64,000 nucleotides of DNA from Candidatus Onthoplasma sp. (GTDB lineage Bacteria; Bacillota; Clostridia; Christensenellales; UBA1242). A program made the position numbers and the translations under genes. Location: assembly GCA_045637825.1 (NCBI GenBank), contig JAZUAD010000024.1, positions 62,202-126,201 of the forward strand, read 5' to 3'. Shown in pieces: positions 1-7,581 of the stretch (position 1 is its first letter; each line of letters opens with the position of its first letter). Under the pieces are notes generated by a model. It searched no databases. It saw nothing but the letters and a program-made list of their open reading frames with translations, and was not told where the DNA came from.

Positions 1-2
1 GT

Positions 3-584
3 GGCGTTTATCCTAATTTGATGGACGTTTATAATATTTTAAAATGGATAATAAATGGCAAAATAGAAGCTTGTATTACACCAACCACACTAATTGAATT
101 AGAAGATTTAAATGATATTGAAAGTGAGTTTTTAGAAAAACATATTACAATTTTACCAGTTAATGCTGAACAAGAAGAGTATATATATGGTCAAATTGAC
201 AAACTTGCAAAAGAATATGTGGCTGCCGGAGCAGTAAAAGATGAATATGTGCCTGAATTTAGAAAAAGAACCCCTACACGAGATGCGTATATTATGGCAG
301 AGGCCAGCTTTTGTGGCCTGTCATTAATTACTAGTGATGGGAAGGATTTAATTCATTCATCATCAGTGGCTAAAGATTATGCTAGAACAGAGATTATAAA
401 AAAAGTAAACAGAGAATATAAAGATGTTAATTTATGCTTTACATCTATTACTGGTAAAAAGTTGACTACTTGTGCGGTTTTATTTAATACTTTTGTTAAA
501 AATATAAAGCAAGAAAAATTTTATTTGTATACTGATGAAAGCTCTTTAAACCTAAATGAAAACAATGAAATTACTTTAAGATAA
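3..584 (+). CDS. PIN-domain (VapC-like) nuclease family protein; the frame is open to the left window edge, so the 5' end may be missing
   Basis: ORF 18..584 stays open upstream to nt 3. PIN-type motif RDAYIMAEASFCGLSLITSDGKDL. Confidence 0.45.
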   Translation, partial: GVYPNLMDVYNILKWIINGKIEACITPTTLIELEDLNDIESEFLEKHITILPVNAEQEEYIYGQIDKLAKEYVAAGAVKDEYVPEFRKRTPTRDAYIMAEASFCGLSLITSDGKDLIHSSSVAKDYARTEIIKKVNREYKDVNLCFTSITGKKLTTCAVLFNTFVKNIKQEKFYLYTDESSLNLNENNEITLR

Positions 585-670
585 AAGGCACTATAATAAG
601 TGTCTTTTTTCTTGACAAAATGACTTAAATAATATAAAATTATTAAAATGAAAATTAAAAGGAATATATT

Positions 671-1546
671 ATGATTAACTGGTTTCCTGGACATATGAAT
701 AAAACGCTTAAGCAAATGCACGAATTAAATAAGTTGTGCAATTGTTTTGTGTATGTATTAGATGCACGTAGCCCAAAGGCGTGTTTAAACCCTGAATTTG
801 TAAAGGTGATTGGCGATAAGCCGATTGTATATGTGCTTAATAAAAGCGATAAGGCAAACGAGCAAGCAACCACTAAATGGAAGCAATACTTTAATTCACT
901 TCCTAATAGTAAGTGTGTGGTTACAAATGCAACCATTAGTAAGAGTTGTGGTGTGATAGTTAATGCTATTATGGATTTATTAAAAGATAAGGTTGAAATG
1001 AATAAGCAAAATAAAGTAAACTTTGTGTTTAGAGCAATGGTTATGGGTGTGCCAAATTCCGGTAAATCAACTATTGTAAATAATCTTTGCGGAAAAACTC
1101 GTGCAGTTACAGGCGATAAAGCAGGCGTTACTAAAAATGTGCAATGGGTAACAGTTAATCCAACCTTACAAATTATGGATACACCGGGAACGCTATGGCC
1201 TAGTTTTGAAGATGAAGATTTGGCATATCAACTTGCCTATATCGGTAGCATTAAAGACGATGTATTAAATATCAATGAGGTGGCGGGGAAACTGGCTGTT
1301 AAATTAATTAATATTAAATCCAAGTTTACTGAATACTACAAACTTAGTTTAACACGTGAGTATGATTTGACTATTGATGAAGATTGGATTGAAGTGTTAG
1401 GGATTGTAGCCCGTAAACGTGGTTGCATATTAAAGGGTAACGAAGTGGACTATGAACGTGTATCAACTTTAATACTTAACGATTTTAGAAAAGGAGCATT
1501 GGGCAAAATTACATTTAGTTTGCCGTGCTGTGAGCACTCCAAATAA
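671..1546 (+). CDS. rbgA: ribosome biogenesis GTPase A (YlqF/RbgA)
   Basis: 291 aa. N-terminal WFPGHM signature. Circularly permuted GTPase order: NKSD (G4) before GVPNSGKST (G1) and DTPG (G3). Confidence 0.9.
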   Translation: MINWFPGHMNKTLKQMHELNKLCNCFVYVLDARSPKACLNPEFVKVIGDKPIVYVLNKSDKANEQATTKWKQYFNSLPNSKCVVTNATISKSCGVIVNAIMDLLKDKVEMNKQNKVNFVFRAMVMGVPNSGKSTIVNNLCGKTRAVTGDKAGVTKNVQWVTVNPTLQIMDTPGTLWPSFEDEDLAYQLAYIGSIKDDVLNINEVAGKLAVKLINIKSKFTEYYKLSLTREYDLTIDEDWIEVLGIVARKRGCILKGNEVDYERVSTLILNDFRKGALGKITFSLPCCEHSK

Positions 1547-1627
1547 GTAAATTTACCAAATTGAAATATAAGGAGTAATTATCTATTGGCTATATTTAAT
1601 ATGGTATAAAATTTAAAAGGAATACAA

Positions 1628-2251
1628 ATGATAGATACTAAACCATTATTTGAACACGATTTAAAACTAAAGGGAAAATATGAACTAATTGCAGGGCTTG
1701 ATGAAGTAGGGCGTGGACCGCTTGCTGGACCAGTGGTTACCGCTTGTGTAATTATGCCTTATGATGAAATGATTGATGGTGTATTTGATAGTAAGCGCGT
1801 GAGTGCAAAAAAGCGTGAAAAATTATATGATGAGATTTTAAATAAGGCAATCGCTTACTCAATAACGCTTGAAAGCGAAAAAACTATTGATGAAATTAAT
1901 ATTTTAAATGCAACTAAAAAAAGTATGCTTAATTCGTACAAATCTTTAACTGTTAAACCTGATGTTTTGCTTGTAGATGCTGTTAAGCTAGATGTTGATT
2001 GCGAAACTTTACCTATAATTAAAGGAGATAGCACTAGTTATGCCATTGCGTGTGCATCTATTGTTGCAAAAGTATATAGGGATAGAATGATGGATGAATA
2101 TGCGTTAAAGTATCCAATGTACGATTTTGCCAACAATAAGGGCTATGGTACTAAAAAACATATTGAGGCACTAAAAACTTATGGGAAAAGTCCTATACAT
2201 AGGGATAGTTTTATATCAAACTTTGTAAATTTAGTAGTAATTAATAAATAA
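1628..2251 (+). CDS. rnhB: ribonuclease HII
   Basis: 207 aa. GLDEVGRGPLAGPVV active-site motif. Follows rbgA as in Bacillus. Confidence 0.9.
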   Translation: MIDTKPLFEHDLKLKGKYELIAGLDEVGRGPLAGPVVTACVIMPYDEMIDGVFDSKRVSAKKREKLYDEILNKAIAYSITLESEKTIDEINILNATKKSMLNSYKSLTVKPDVLLVDAVKLDVDCETLPIIKGDSTSYAIACASIVAKVYRDRMMDEYALKYPMYDFANNKGYGTKKHIEALKTYGKSPIHRDSFISNFVNLVVINK

Positions 2252-2375
2252 TAAAGATTGAATAACTAAGAACAATTTTTTGGTTTTAACAAAAAACAAT
2301 TTTGCGAATAGATGCAAAGTTTTAAAATATAAATGTCATTAATAAATAAAATTTTATAATTAATAAGGATAAAAA

Positions 2376-2723
2376 ATGTTACCTACAAGCACACTTGGTA
2401 AAAAGTACGAAAATATGTCAATTAATTATTTAAAGACGCAAAAATATAAAATATTAGAGCGTAATTTTTCGTGTACAGCGGGGGAGTTGGATATAATTGC
2501 CTTTGACCCAGAAACTAAGTATATTGTATTTGTTGAAGTAAAGTATAGGGCAACTAATGCTTTTGGGCGACCTATTGAAGCAATTACACCGCAAAAGGTG
2601 CGTAAAATTTATACAACCTCTCAAGTGTATCTTAAATTAAAGGGCTGGCTTGATAAAAATATTAGATATGACGTTATTGAAATAATTGACGATAATTTAA
2701 GACATATTGTTAATGCGTTTTAG
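2376..2723 (+). CDS. yraN: YraN family (UPF0102) endonuclease-like protein
   Basis: 115 aa. GELDIIA...FVEVKYR pattern typical of the family. Conserved position after rnhB. Confidence 0.75.
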   Translation: MLPTSTLGKKYENMSINYLKTQKYKILERNFSCTAGELDIIAFDPETKYIVFVEVKYRATNAFGRPIEAITPQKVRKIYTTSQVYLKLKGWLDKNIRYDVIEIIDDNLRHIVNAF

Positions 2724-2847
2724 CATTATAGGAAATCTAAAACTAAAAAAAGTTACAAATTAATAGGTTGAAATGGAATAAATTTGACAAATTAAAACGA
2801 CATAAAAAAATCTTAAAAATTTTGTCGAATTTTTTTATTAAAAACCG

Positions 2848-2876
2848 TTGACAAGGTTATATTTTTAAGTTATAAT
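2848..2876 (+). promoter_or_regulatory. sigma-A type promoter (TTGACA-17-TATAAT)
   Basis: TTGACA at 2848-2853, 17-nt spacer, TATAAT at 2871-2876, about 30 nt upstream of the 2908 ATG (RBS AGGAGAA). Confidence 0.6.
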
Positions 2877-2907
2877 GCGAGTACCAATTTATTTTTAGGA
2901 GAATTAT

Positions 2908-3570
2908 ATGGAAGAACAAATCGGACTTAGCGTTAATGAATTAGCGCAAATTTTTGCCCAAATTAAAAAAACTGATGACAGAAATTTAGGCGACAAAATT
3001 TATGCTGCTTATCTACCTTTAGTTAGTAAGTTTGCAAAACAATATCACTTAAAGGAGGAAGCTGTTACTGATACTTATACAGAAGTATTTGTTTATGTAT
3101 TTGAAAATACTATAAGCGGACTTATTAATGCTGATAGTTTTGATAGATGTGTAAAAAATATTATGACCAACAAGTGTATTAAACTTAAGAAGAATCAAAC
3201 AATGTTTAAAAGTGAAATGTTGGGAATGACTTATGAAAAGAATATGGAATATAAGGAAAGTGAGGAAACACGTAAAGCTAAAAACGATGAATTTGTTAGT
3301 CAATCATTCTTGTTTGTAACTCAAGTTTTAACTCAATTAAAAGAAAATCCTGAATTGGCTCAAGAAAAAGGTCTAGATGCTGAAAAAATTTCAATGCTTG
3401 AAGACTATTATGGCATTAATTCTGAGCATAAAAGATATAAAGTTCAAGATATTGCAGTAAAGTATAATGTAACTGAATCTAGAGCAACTGCATTACTAAC
3501 AAGGGCTTTAAAGGCATTTAGAGATATGAAGGAATTTCAACCAATTAAAGCACGTTTGCATAGAGGTTAA
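2908..3570 (+). CDS. divergent sigma-70-family-like protein (region 2-like N-terminus, region 4-like HTH C-terminus)
   Basis: 220 aa. YLPLVSKFAKQY...TDTYTEVFVYVFEN resembles sigma regions 2.1/2.2. C-terminal YKVQDIAVKYNVTESRATALLTRALKAFRDM resembles the region 4.2 HTH. No confident subfamily. Confidence 0.35.
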   Translation: MEEQIGLSVNELAQIFAQIKKTDDRNLGDKIYAAYLPLVSKFAKQYHLKEEAVTDTYTEVFVYVFENTISGLINADSFDRCVKNIMTNKCIKLKKNQTMFKSEMLGMTYEKNMEYKESEETRKAKNDEFVSQSFLFVTQVLTQLKENPELAQEKGLDAEKISMLEDYYGINSEHKRYKVQDIAVKYNVTESRATALLTRALKAFRDMKEFQPIKARLHRG

Positions 3571-3625
3571 TATTAAATAAAATTAAAAATATTAGATTTT
3601 AATGTAATAAAATTATAAAAAACTC

Positions 3626-3712
3626 TTGATTAAATCAAAAGTATGTGTTATAATAATTATGATTGAATGGTCCGCTGTATCCAATGACATGAACATTCAT
3701 AAGGAGGTATAT
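3626..3712 (+). promoter_or_regulatory. rplS promoter (TTGATT-17-TATAAT) plus about 50-nt structured 5' UTR (possible L19-type leader)
   Basis: TTGATT 3626-3631, TATAAT 3649-3654. The UTR contains imperfect hairpin ATTGAAT-N10-ATCCAAT and ATGAA..TTCAT just before the AAGGAGG RBS. The leader assignment is only a resemblance in position. Confidence 0.35.
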
Positions 3713-4057
3713 ATGAATCCAATTATCGAACAAATTGAAAAGGAATCAATGAAATCAGCTGTTACCCCATTTAATATTGGCGACACCGTTAAGGTTTATG
3801 TAAAGGTTGTCGAGGGTGACAAGGAAAGAATCCAAGCATACGAAGGTACTTGTATTGCTAAAAAGGGTTCTGGTATCCGTGAAACATTTACGGTTAGACG
3901 TGTTTCTTTCGGTATTGGCGTTGAACGTACTTTCCCATTACACTCACCACGTATTGATAAAATCGAAGTGGTTCGTAAGGGTAGCGTAAGACGTGCTAAA
4001 CTTTACTATCTTCGTGATAGACAAGGTAAGGCAGCCAAAGTTAAAGAAGTTAAATAA
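3713..4057 (+). CDS. rplS: 50S ribosomal protein L19
   Basis: ATG 3713 preceded by AAGGAGG (3701-3707). 114 aa with typical L19 sequence ([36 protein letters not shown]). The track start 3626 is an upstream in-frame TTG inside the promoter. Confidence 0.95.
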   Translation: MNPIIEQIEKESMKSAVTPFNIGDTVKVYVKVVEGDKERIQAYEGTCIAKKGSGIRETFTVRRVSFGIGVERTFPLHSPRIDKIEVVRKGSVRRAKLYYLRDRQGKAAKVKEVK

Positions 4058-4073
4058 TAATTGATTTCAAAAA

Positions 4074-4101
4074 ATGATGAGAAATTCTCATCATTTTTTT
4101 A
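4074..4101 (+). terminator. rho-independent terminator after rplS
   Basis: ATGATGAGA-AAT-TCTCATCAT followed by a T-run. Confidence 0.8.
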
Positions 4102-4202
4102 TTTTATTTTAAGTTATTGCTTTTAAAATAGTTGCTATTTTTTTGGTTTTAGGTTATAATTCAAGCAGTATATTATTTAGGTATTATTTGGAGGATATTT
4201 TT

Positions 4203-4769
4203 ATGAACGAAATGGTTAATGAATATATGGATAGTTATAAGCAAGACTTAAACAAAATCTTTAGTAAACTTGAAGATGAATTTAGTATGATTCGTGTTGG
4301 TCGTGCTAATCCTAAAATTGTTGAAAAAATAATGATTGAGTATTATGGCTCTCGTGTGCCACTATCTCAAGCGGCTAATATCAGCGTGCCAGAAGCAAGA
4401 ATGTTATTAGTATCACCTTGGGACGCGAGTTTGATTAAAGGTATTAAGTCATCTATTGATGAGGCAAACCTAGGCGTTAGTTGTAGTGATGATGGTCAAA
4501 AAATTCGTATCATTTTCCCACAACTTACTGAGGAACGTCGTGTGCAATATAGTAAAGAAGCTCGCAAAACTTTGGAAAACTACAAAATAACAATGCGTAA
4601 TGCTCGTCGTGATATTTTGGATATATTTAAGGAAATGAAAAAGGACTCTGAAATTAGTGAAGATGAGTACAACACCTTAGATAAATCAGTACAAAAATGT
4701 TTAGATGATATTACAGCAAAAGCAGATACTGCTTGCGATAAAAAAGTGGCAGAAATAATGGAAGTTTAG
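4203..4769 (+). CDS. frr: ribosome recycling factor
   Basis: ATG 4203 (GGAGGA RBS upstream). 188 aa. RRF pattern (IRVGRANP..LLVSPWD..EERR). Confidence 0.95.
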   Translation: MNEMVNEYMDSYKQDLNKIFSKLEDEFSMIRVGRANPKIVEKIMIEYYGSRVPLSQAANISVPEARMLLVSPWDASLIKGIKSSIDEANLGVSCSDDGQKIRIIFPQLTEERRVQYSKEARKTLENYKITMRNARRDILDIFKEMKKDSEISEDEYNTLDKSVQKCLDDITAKADTACDKKVAEIMEV

Positions 4770-4829
4770 TTTGTTATAATTATTTATAACACAACCAAGT
4801 TTTAACGGATAAAGTTTAAGGAGTAGATT

Positions 4830-5729
4830 ATGAAAAAAAGAGCAATTTCTAGCATTTTTATTATGCTTGCAATAGTTTTGGCGATTGCGTCTAAATTTTT
4901 AGTTGGTGAAGTTTTTGATATTTTTGTGGCTGTTATAGGTATTGTGGGCGCACTAGAAATGTGTAATATGCTAGAAAAGAAAGGTATTAAAGTTAGCAGA
5001 TTTTTAAGTAGTATGTTTATAGTAGTGCTGTATTTTGCAGTAGTTATAGGTCTTAACACTATGGCAGATTTGAAATTAGCATTTTTGTATATTTTAGATG
5101 CCTTTTTGTTGTATGTGTTTGTAATATTTATATACGAACTAATTGTTAATAAGCAAGATAGAATAGGTAGCGCTTTAACTATAACTTTAAATTCATTAAG
5201 AGTTATGGTTTATCCAGGATTGTTACTTTCAATCTTCTTTGTAATTAACCATATTGAGGCGTTTACAACAGTTAATATTAAGGTGCCATATTTATCATTG
5301 ATATTGATAGTATTTATTTGGGGTATAGCGCTACTTAGTGATACGTTTGCATACCTTGTGGGTAGTACTTTACGTGGACCAAAACTTTGTCCTAAAATTA
5401 GCCCTAACAAAAGTTGGAGCGGGGCAATAGGTGGAGTTATTGGTGGAGTATTGATGGGCGTTATCACTTATCTATTGATTAAAAATATTGATTGCTTAAA
5501 TGTTATTTTAACGTCAACTCATATTAATCTTGCATGGCTTATGGTATTGGGTGGACTTGGTTCAGCAGTTAGTCAAGTTGGAGACATATTTGAAAGTTGG
5601 TTAAAACGTCGTGCTGGCGTTAAAGATTCAGGAAACTTTATGCCTGGCCATGGCGGAATGCTAGACAGAGTTGATGCATTAATGTTCTGTTTGGTGTTTG
5701 TTGGCGGAATATTAATGTTCTTAATTTAA
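4830..5729 (+). CDS. cdsA: phosphatidate cytidylyltransferase
   Basis: 299 aa polytopic membrane protein. C-terminal signature SWLKRRAGVKDSGNFMPGHGGMLDRVD. Confidence 0.9.
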   Translation: MKKRAISSIFIMLAIVLAIASKFLVGEVFDIFVAVIGIVGALEMCNMLEKKGIKVSRFLSSMFIVVLYFAVVIGLNTMADLKLAFLYILDAFLLYVFVIFIYELIVNKQDRIGSALTITLNSLRVMVYPGLLLSIFFVINHIEAFTTVNIKVPYLSLILIVFIWGIALLSDTFAYLVGSTLRGPKLCPKISPNKSWSGAIGGVIGGVLMGVITYLLIKNIDCLNVILTSTHINLAWLMVLGGLGSAVSQVGDIFESWLKRRAGVKDSGNFMPGHGGMLDRVDALMFCLVFVGGILMFLI

Positions 5730-5740
5730 AGAATAAAGCA

Positions 5741-5819
5741 GTGGGGACAAAGCGTGTGATAAATCACACGAAATGCGGAAAGCATTTAAAGGGCGTTAAA
5801 GCCCTTGCTTTGTCCCTAT
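5741..5819. other. compact four-way-junction (cloverleaf-like) element: 10-13 bp closing stem enclosing three 6-bp hairpins with 0-1 nt linkers
   Basis: GGGACAAAGC (5744-5753) pairs with GCTTTGTCCC (5807-5816). Inner hairpins are GTGTGA-TAAA-TCACAC (5754-5769), AAATGC-GGAAA-GCATTT (5771-5787) and AAGGGC-GTTAAA-GCCCTT (5789-5806). It has no tRNA loops and no T-run. Function unknown. Confidence 0.4.
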
Positions 5820-5887
5820 TATAATGCATATAAAAAAGTTTGTATATTTGGACAACTTTATAATATAAATAATATGGGAGAGTAAAA

Positions 5888-7015
5888 GTGAATTATTTAT
5901 TATCTATTGGCTCAAGTTTATCATTTGTGTGGTATATATTAGTTGCAATCTTAGCTCTGCTACTAATGGTAATGATACACGAGTTTGGGCATTATGTTGC
6001 AGGAAAAATGTTGGGCTTTAAAATTAACGAATTTTCGGTAGGTTTTGGTCCTAAAATTTTGCAAAAAAAGAAGAAAAATGGCGAAGTGTTTAGCTTGCGT
6101 ACTATTCCACTAGGTGGTTATTGTGCTTTTGATGGCGAGGACGAAAATTCTAATAGTCCTACAGCGTTTAATAACCAAAAGGCGTGGAAGCGATTAATTG
6201 TGTTATTTATGGGTGCGTTTTTTAACTTCCTATCAGCAATTATATTTTCATATATCTTATTGGTTAGTTGTGGTTACGAACACGTGCAAGTAAAATCAAT
6301 TAATAATACTTCGTTCCAACACCAAGTGGAAAATCACTTAGAAGTAGGCGACCGAATTTATGGTATTAATGGTACAGATTTTGACTTTGTAAGTGATGAT
6401 TATTTTAACAGTTTACTTGGCGATTATGTACGAAATAATCTTGACTTTGAAGAAGATATGTGGACTAGCAATGGGGTAGATTATAGCACTATACCACTAA
6501 ATATTGAGCGTAATGGCAAAAAAATGGTGGTTGAAGGAGTATTACAAAAGCAAATAGTTGATGATGAGGAGGTTTGGAGTTTTGTATCGACCGACACTAA
6601 AGATTTTCAACTAAAAACTTATCGTCACGGATTTGTAGAGGCGATAGGCGAAAGTGTTACATTTACATTCCGTTGGGCACATAAAATTTTGATTATATTA
6701 GGTGATTTGTTTACAGGACAATTATCAGTAACTTCACTAGGTGGTCCTGTAACTACAATTAAAGTTATGGCAGAAACCACACAACAAAGTTATAGTTACT
6801 TGCTAGTATTATTACCTGTAATTGCAGTTAACTTGGCAGTATTTAACTTGCTTCCAATACCTAGTTTGGACGGAGCACGTATGGTATTTGTATTTATTGA
6901 AATGATTAGGCGTAAACCAATAAATCGTGAGGTAGAGGCCTATATTCACGGCTTTGGATTATTGCTATTACTTGGCTTTGTACTAGTGGTAGATGTACTG
7001 CAGTTTGTGCTATAG
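5888..7015 (+). CDS. rseP: RIP (site-2) zinc metalloprotease RseP/RasP
   Basis: 375 aa. HEFGHY zinc motif, PDZ-like middle region, NLLPIPSLDG motif. GTG start with GGGAGAG RBS. Confidence 0.9.
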   Translation: MNYLLSIGSSLSFVWYILVAILALLLMVMIHEFGHYVAGKMLGFKINEFSVGFGPKILQKKKKNGEVFSLRTIPLGGYCAFDGEDENSNSPTAFNNQKAWKRLIVLFMGAFFNFLSAIIFSYILLVSCGYEHVQVKSINNTSFQHQVENHLEVGDRIYGINGTDFDFVSDDYFNSLLGDYVRNNLDFEEDMWTSNGVDYSTIPLNIERNGKKMVVEGVLQKQIVDDEEVWSFVSTDTKDFQLKTYRHGFVEAIGESVTFTFRWAHKILIILGDLFTGQLSVTSLGGPVTTIKVMAETTQQSYSYLLVLLPVIAVNLAVFNLLPIPSLDGARMVFVFIEMIRRKPINREVEAYIHGFGLLLLLGFVLVVDVLQFVL

Positions 7016-7037
7016 GGTATTGTTAATTATAGGTCAA

Positions 7038-7068
7038 AAGCAAAGTGTAAAAATGCACTTTGTTTTTT
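7038..7068 (+). terminator. rho-independent terminator after rseP
   Basis: CAAAGTG-N8-CACTTTG followed by TTTTTT. Confidence 0.75.
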
Positions 7069-7129
7069 ATTTGGTATTGACAAAGGGTAAAAGGTATGAT
7101 ATATTAAAATTAGTTAAGAGGAGTTAATT

Positions 7130-7465
7130 ATGGATAGCTTAATTGATAAATTAATAAATAGGGTATCAATAAATAGAGAGTTGTTAAAGATTAAAACTGA
7201 TTTATATAGATGGGTTATTGCAAAGAAACAATTGTATAAAAAAAATAATGGCGTGATAGAATTTTCGGATATGCGTAAAATTGAAAATAGTCTTTTACAA
7301 ATAGAATGTGATTTATTTGAATTTGCAGATAAATATGAAAATGAAATAAACAATAATACTATATTAGAAAAATCAGTTTCAAACTTATTTTATAAATTAA
7401 ATGAAGAAAGGGTGCTTTGTCAGCCAGTAACTGATGCTAGATGTCAATGGTCTGATGGCGATTAA
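7130..7465 (+). CDS. hypothetical protein (111 aa, predicted helical)
   Basis: GAGGAG RBS. Own promoter (TTGACA 7079-7084) and own terminator. No recognisable motif. Confidence 0.4.
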   Translation: MDSLIDKLINRVSINRELLKIKTDLYRWVIAKKQLYKKNNGVIEFSDMRKIENSLLQIECDLFEFADKYENEINNNTILEKSVSNLFYKLNEERVLCQPVTDARCQWSDGD

Positions 7466-7505
7466 TTTAATATATATTTCCTAGAAAAATTAGTTTTAAA
7501 TTTTA

Positions 7506-7537
7506 AATTAAGAGTGTGTTTTACTCTTAATTTTTTT
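7506..7537 (+). terminator. rho-independent terminator
   Basis: AATTAAGAGT-N7-ACTCTTAATT followed by a T-run. Confidence 0.8.
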
Positions 7538-7547
7538 ATATTCTTAG

Positions 7548-7575
7548 TTGACTTATTATAAAAGTTTGGTATAAT
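7548..7575 (+). promoter_or_regulatory. promoter with extended -10 placed 6 nt from the ATG (apparently leaderless mRNA)
   Basis: TTGACT 7548-7553, 16-nt spacer, TGgTATAAT ending at 7575. ATG at 7582 with no SD sequence between. Confidence 0.45.
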
Positions 7576-7581
7576 AGAGTT

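Noticed and set aside
3807-3989. 60-aa ORF in an alternative frame of rplS; also the N-terminally extended track starts (3626 rplS, 4143 frr, 20728 spoIIIAC, 23589 spoIIIAH, 32907 holA, 34286 rpsT, 52540 serS, 58900 thiI, 60011 cysteine desulfurase, 62211 spoVAD, 18937 membrane protein, 53718 LexA-like)
   Set aside because: Internal ATGs with a properly spaced GGAGG-type RBS and conserved protein N-termini give better starts. The extensions run through promoters or upstream genes.
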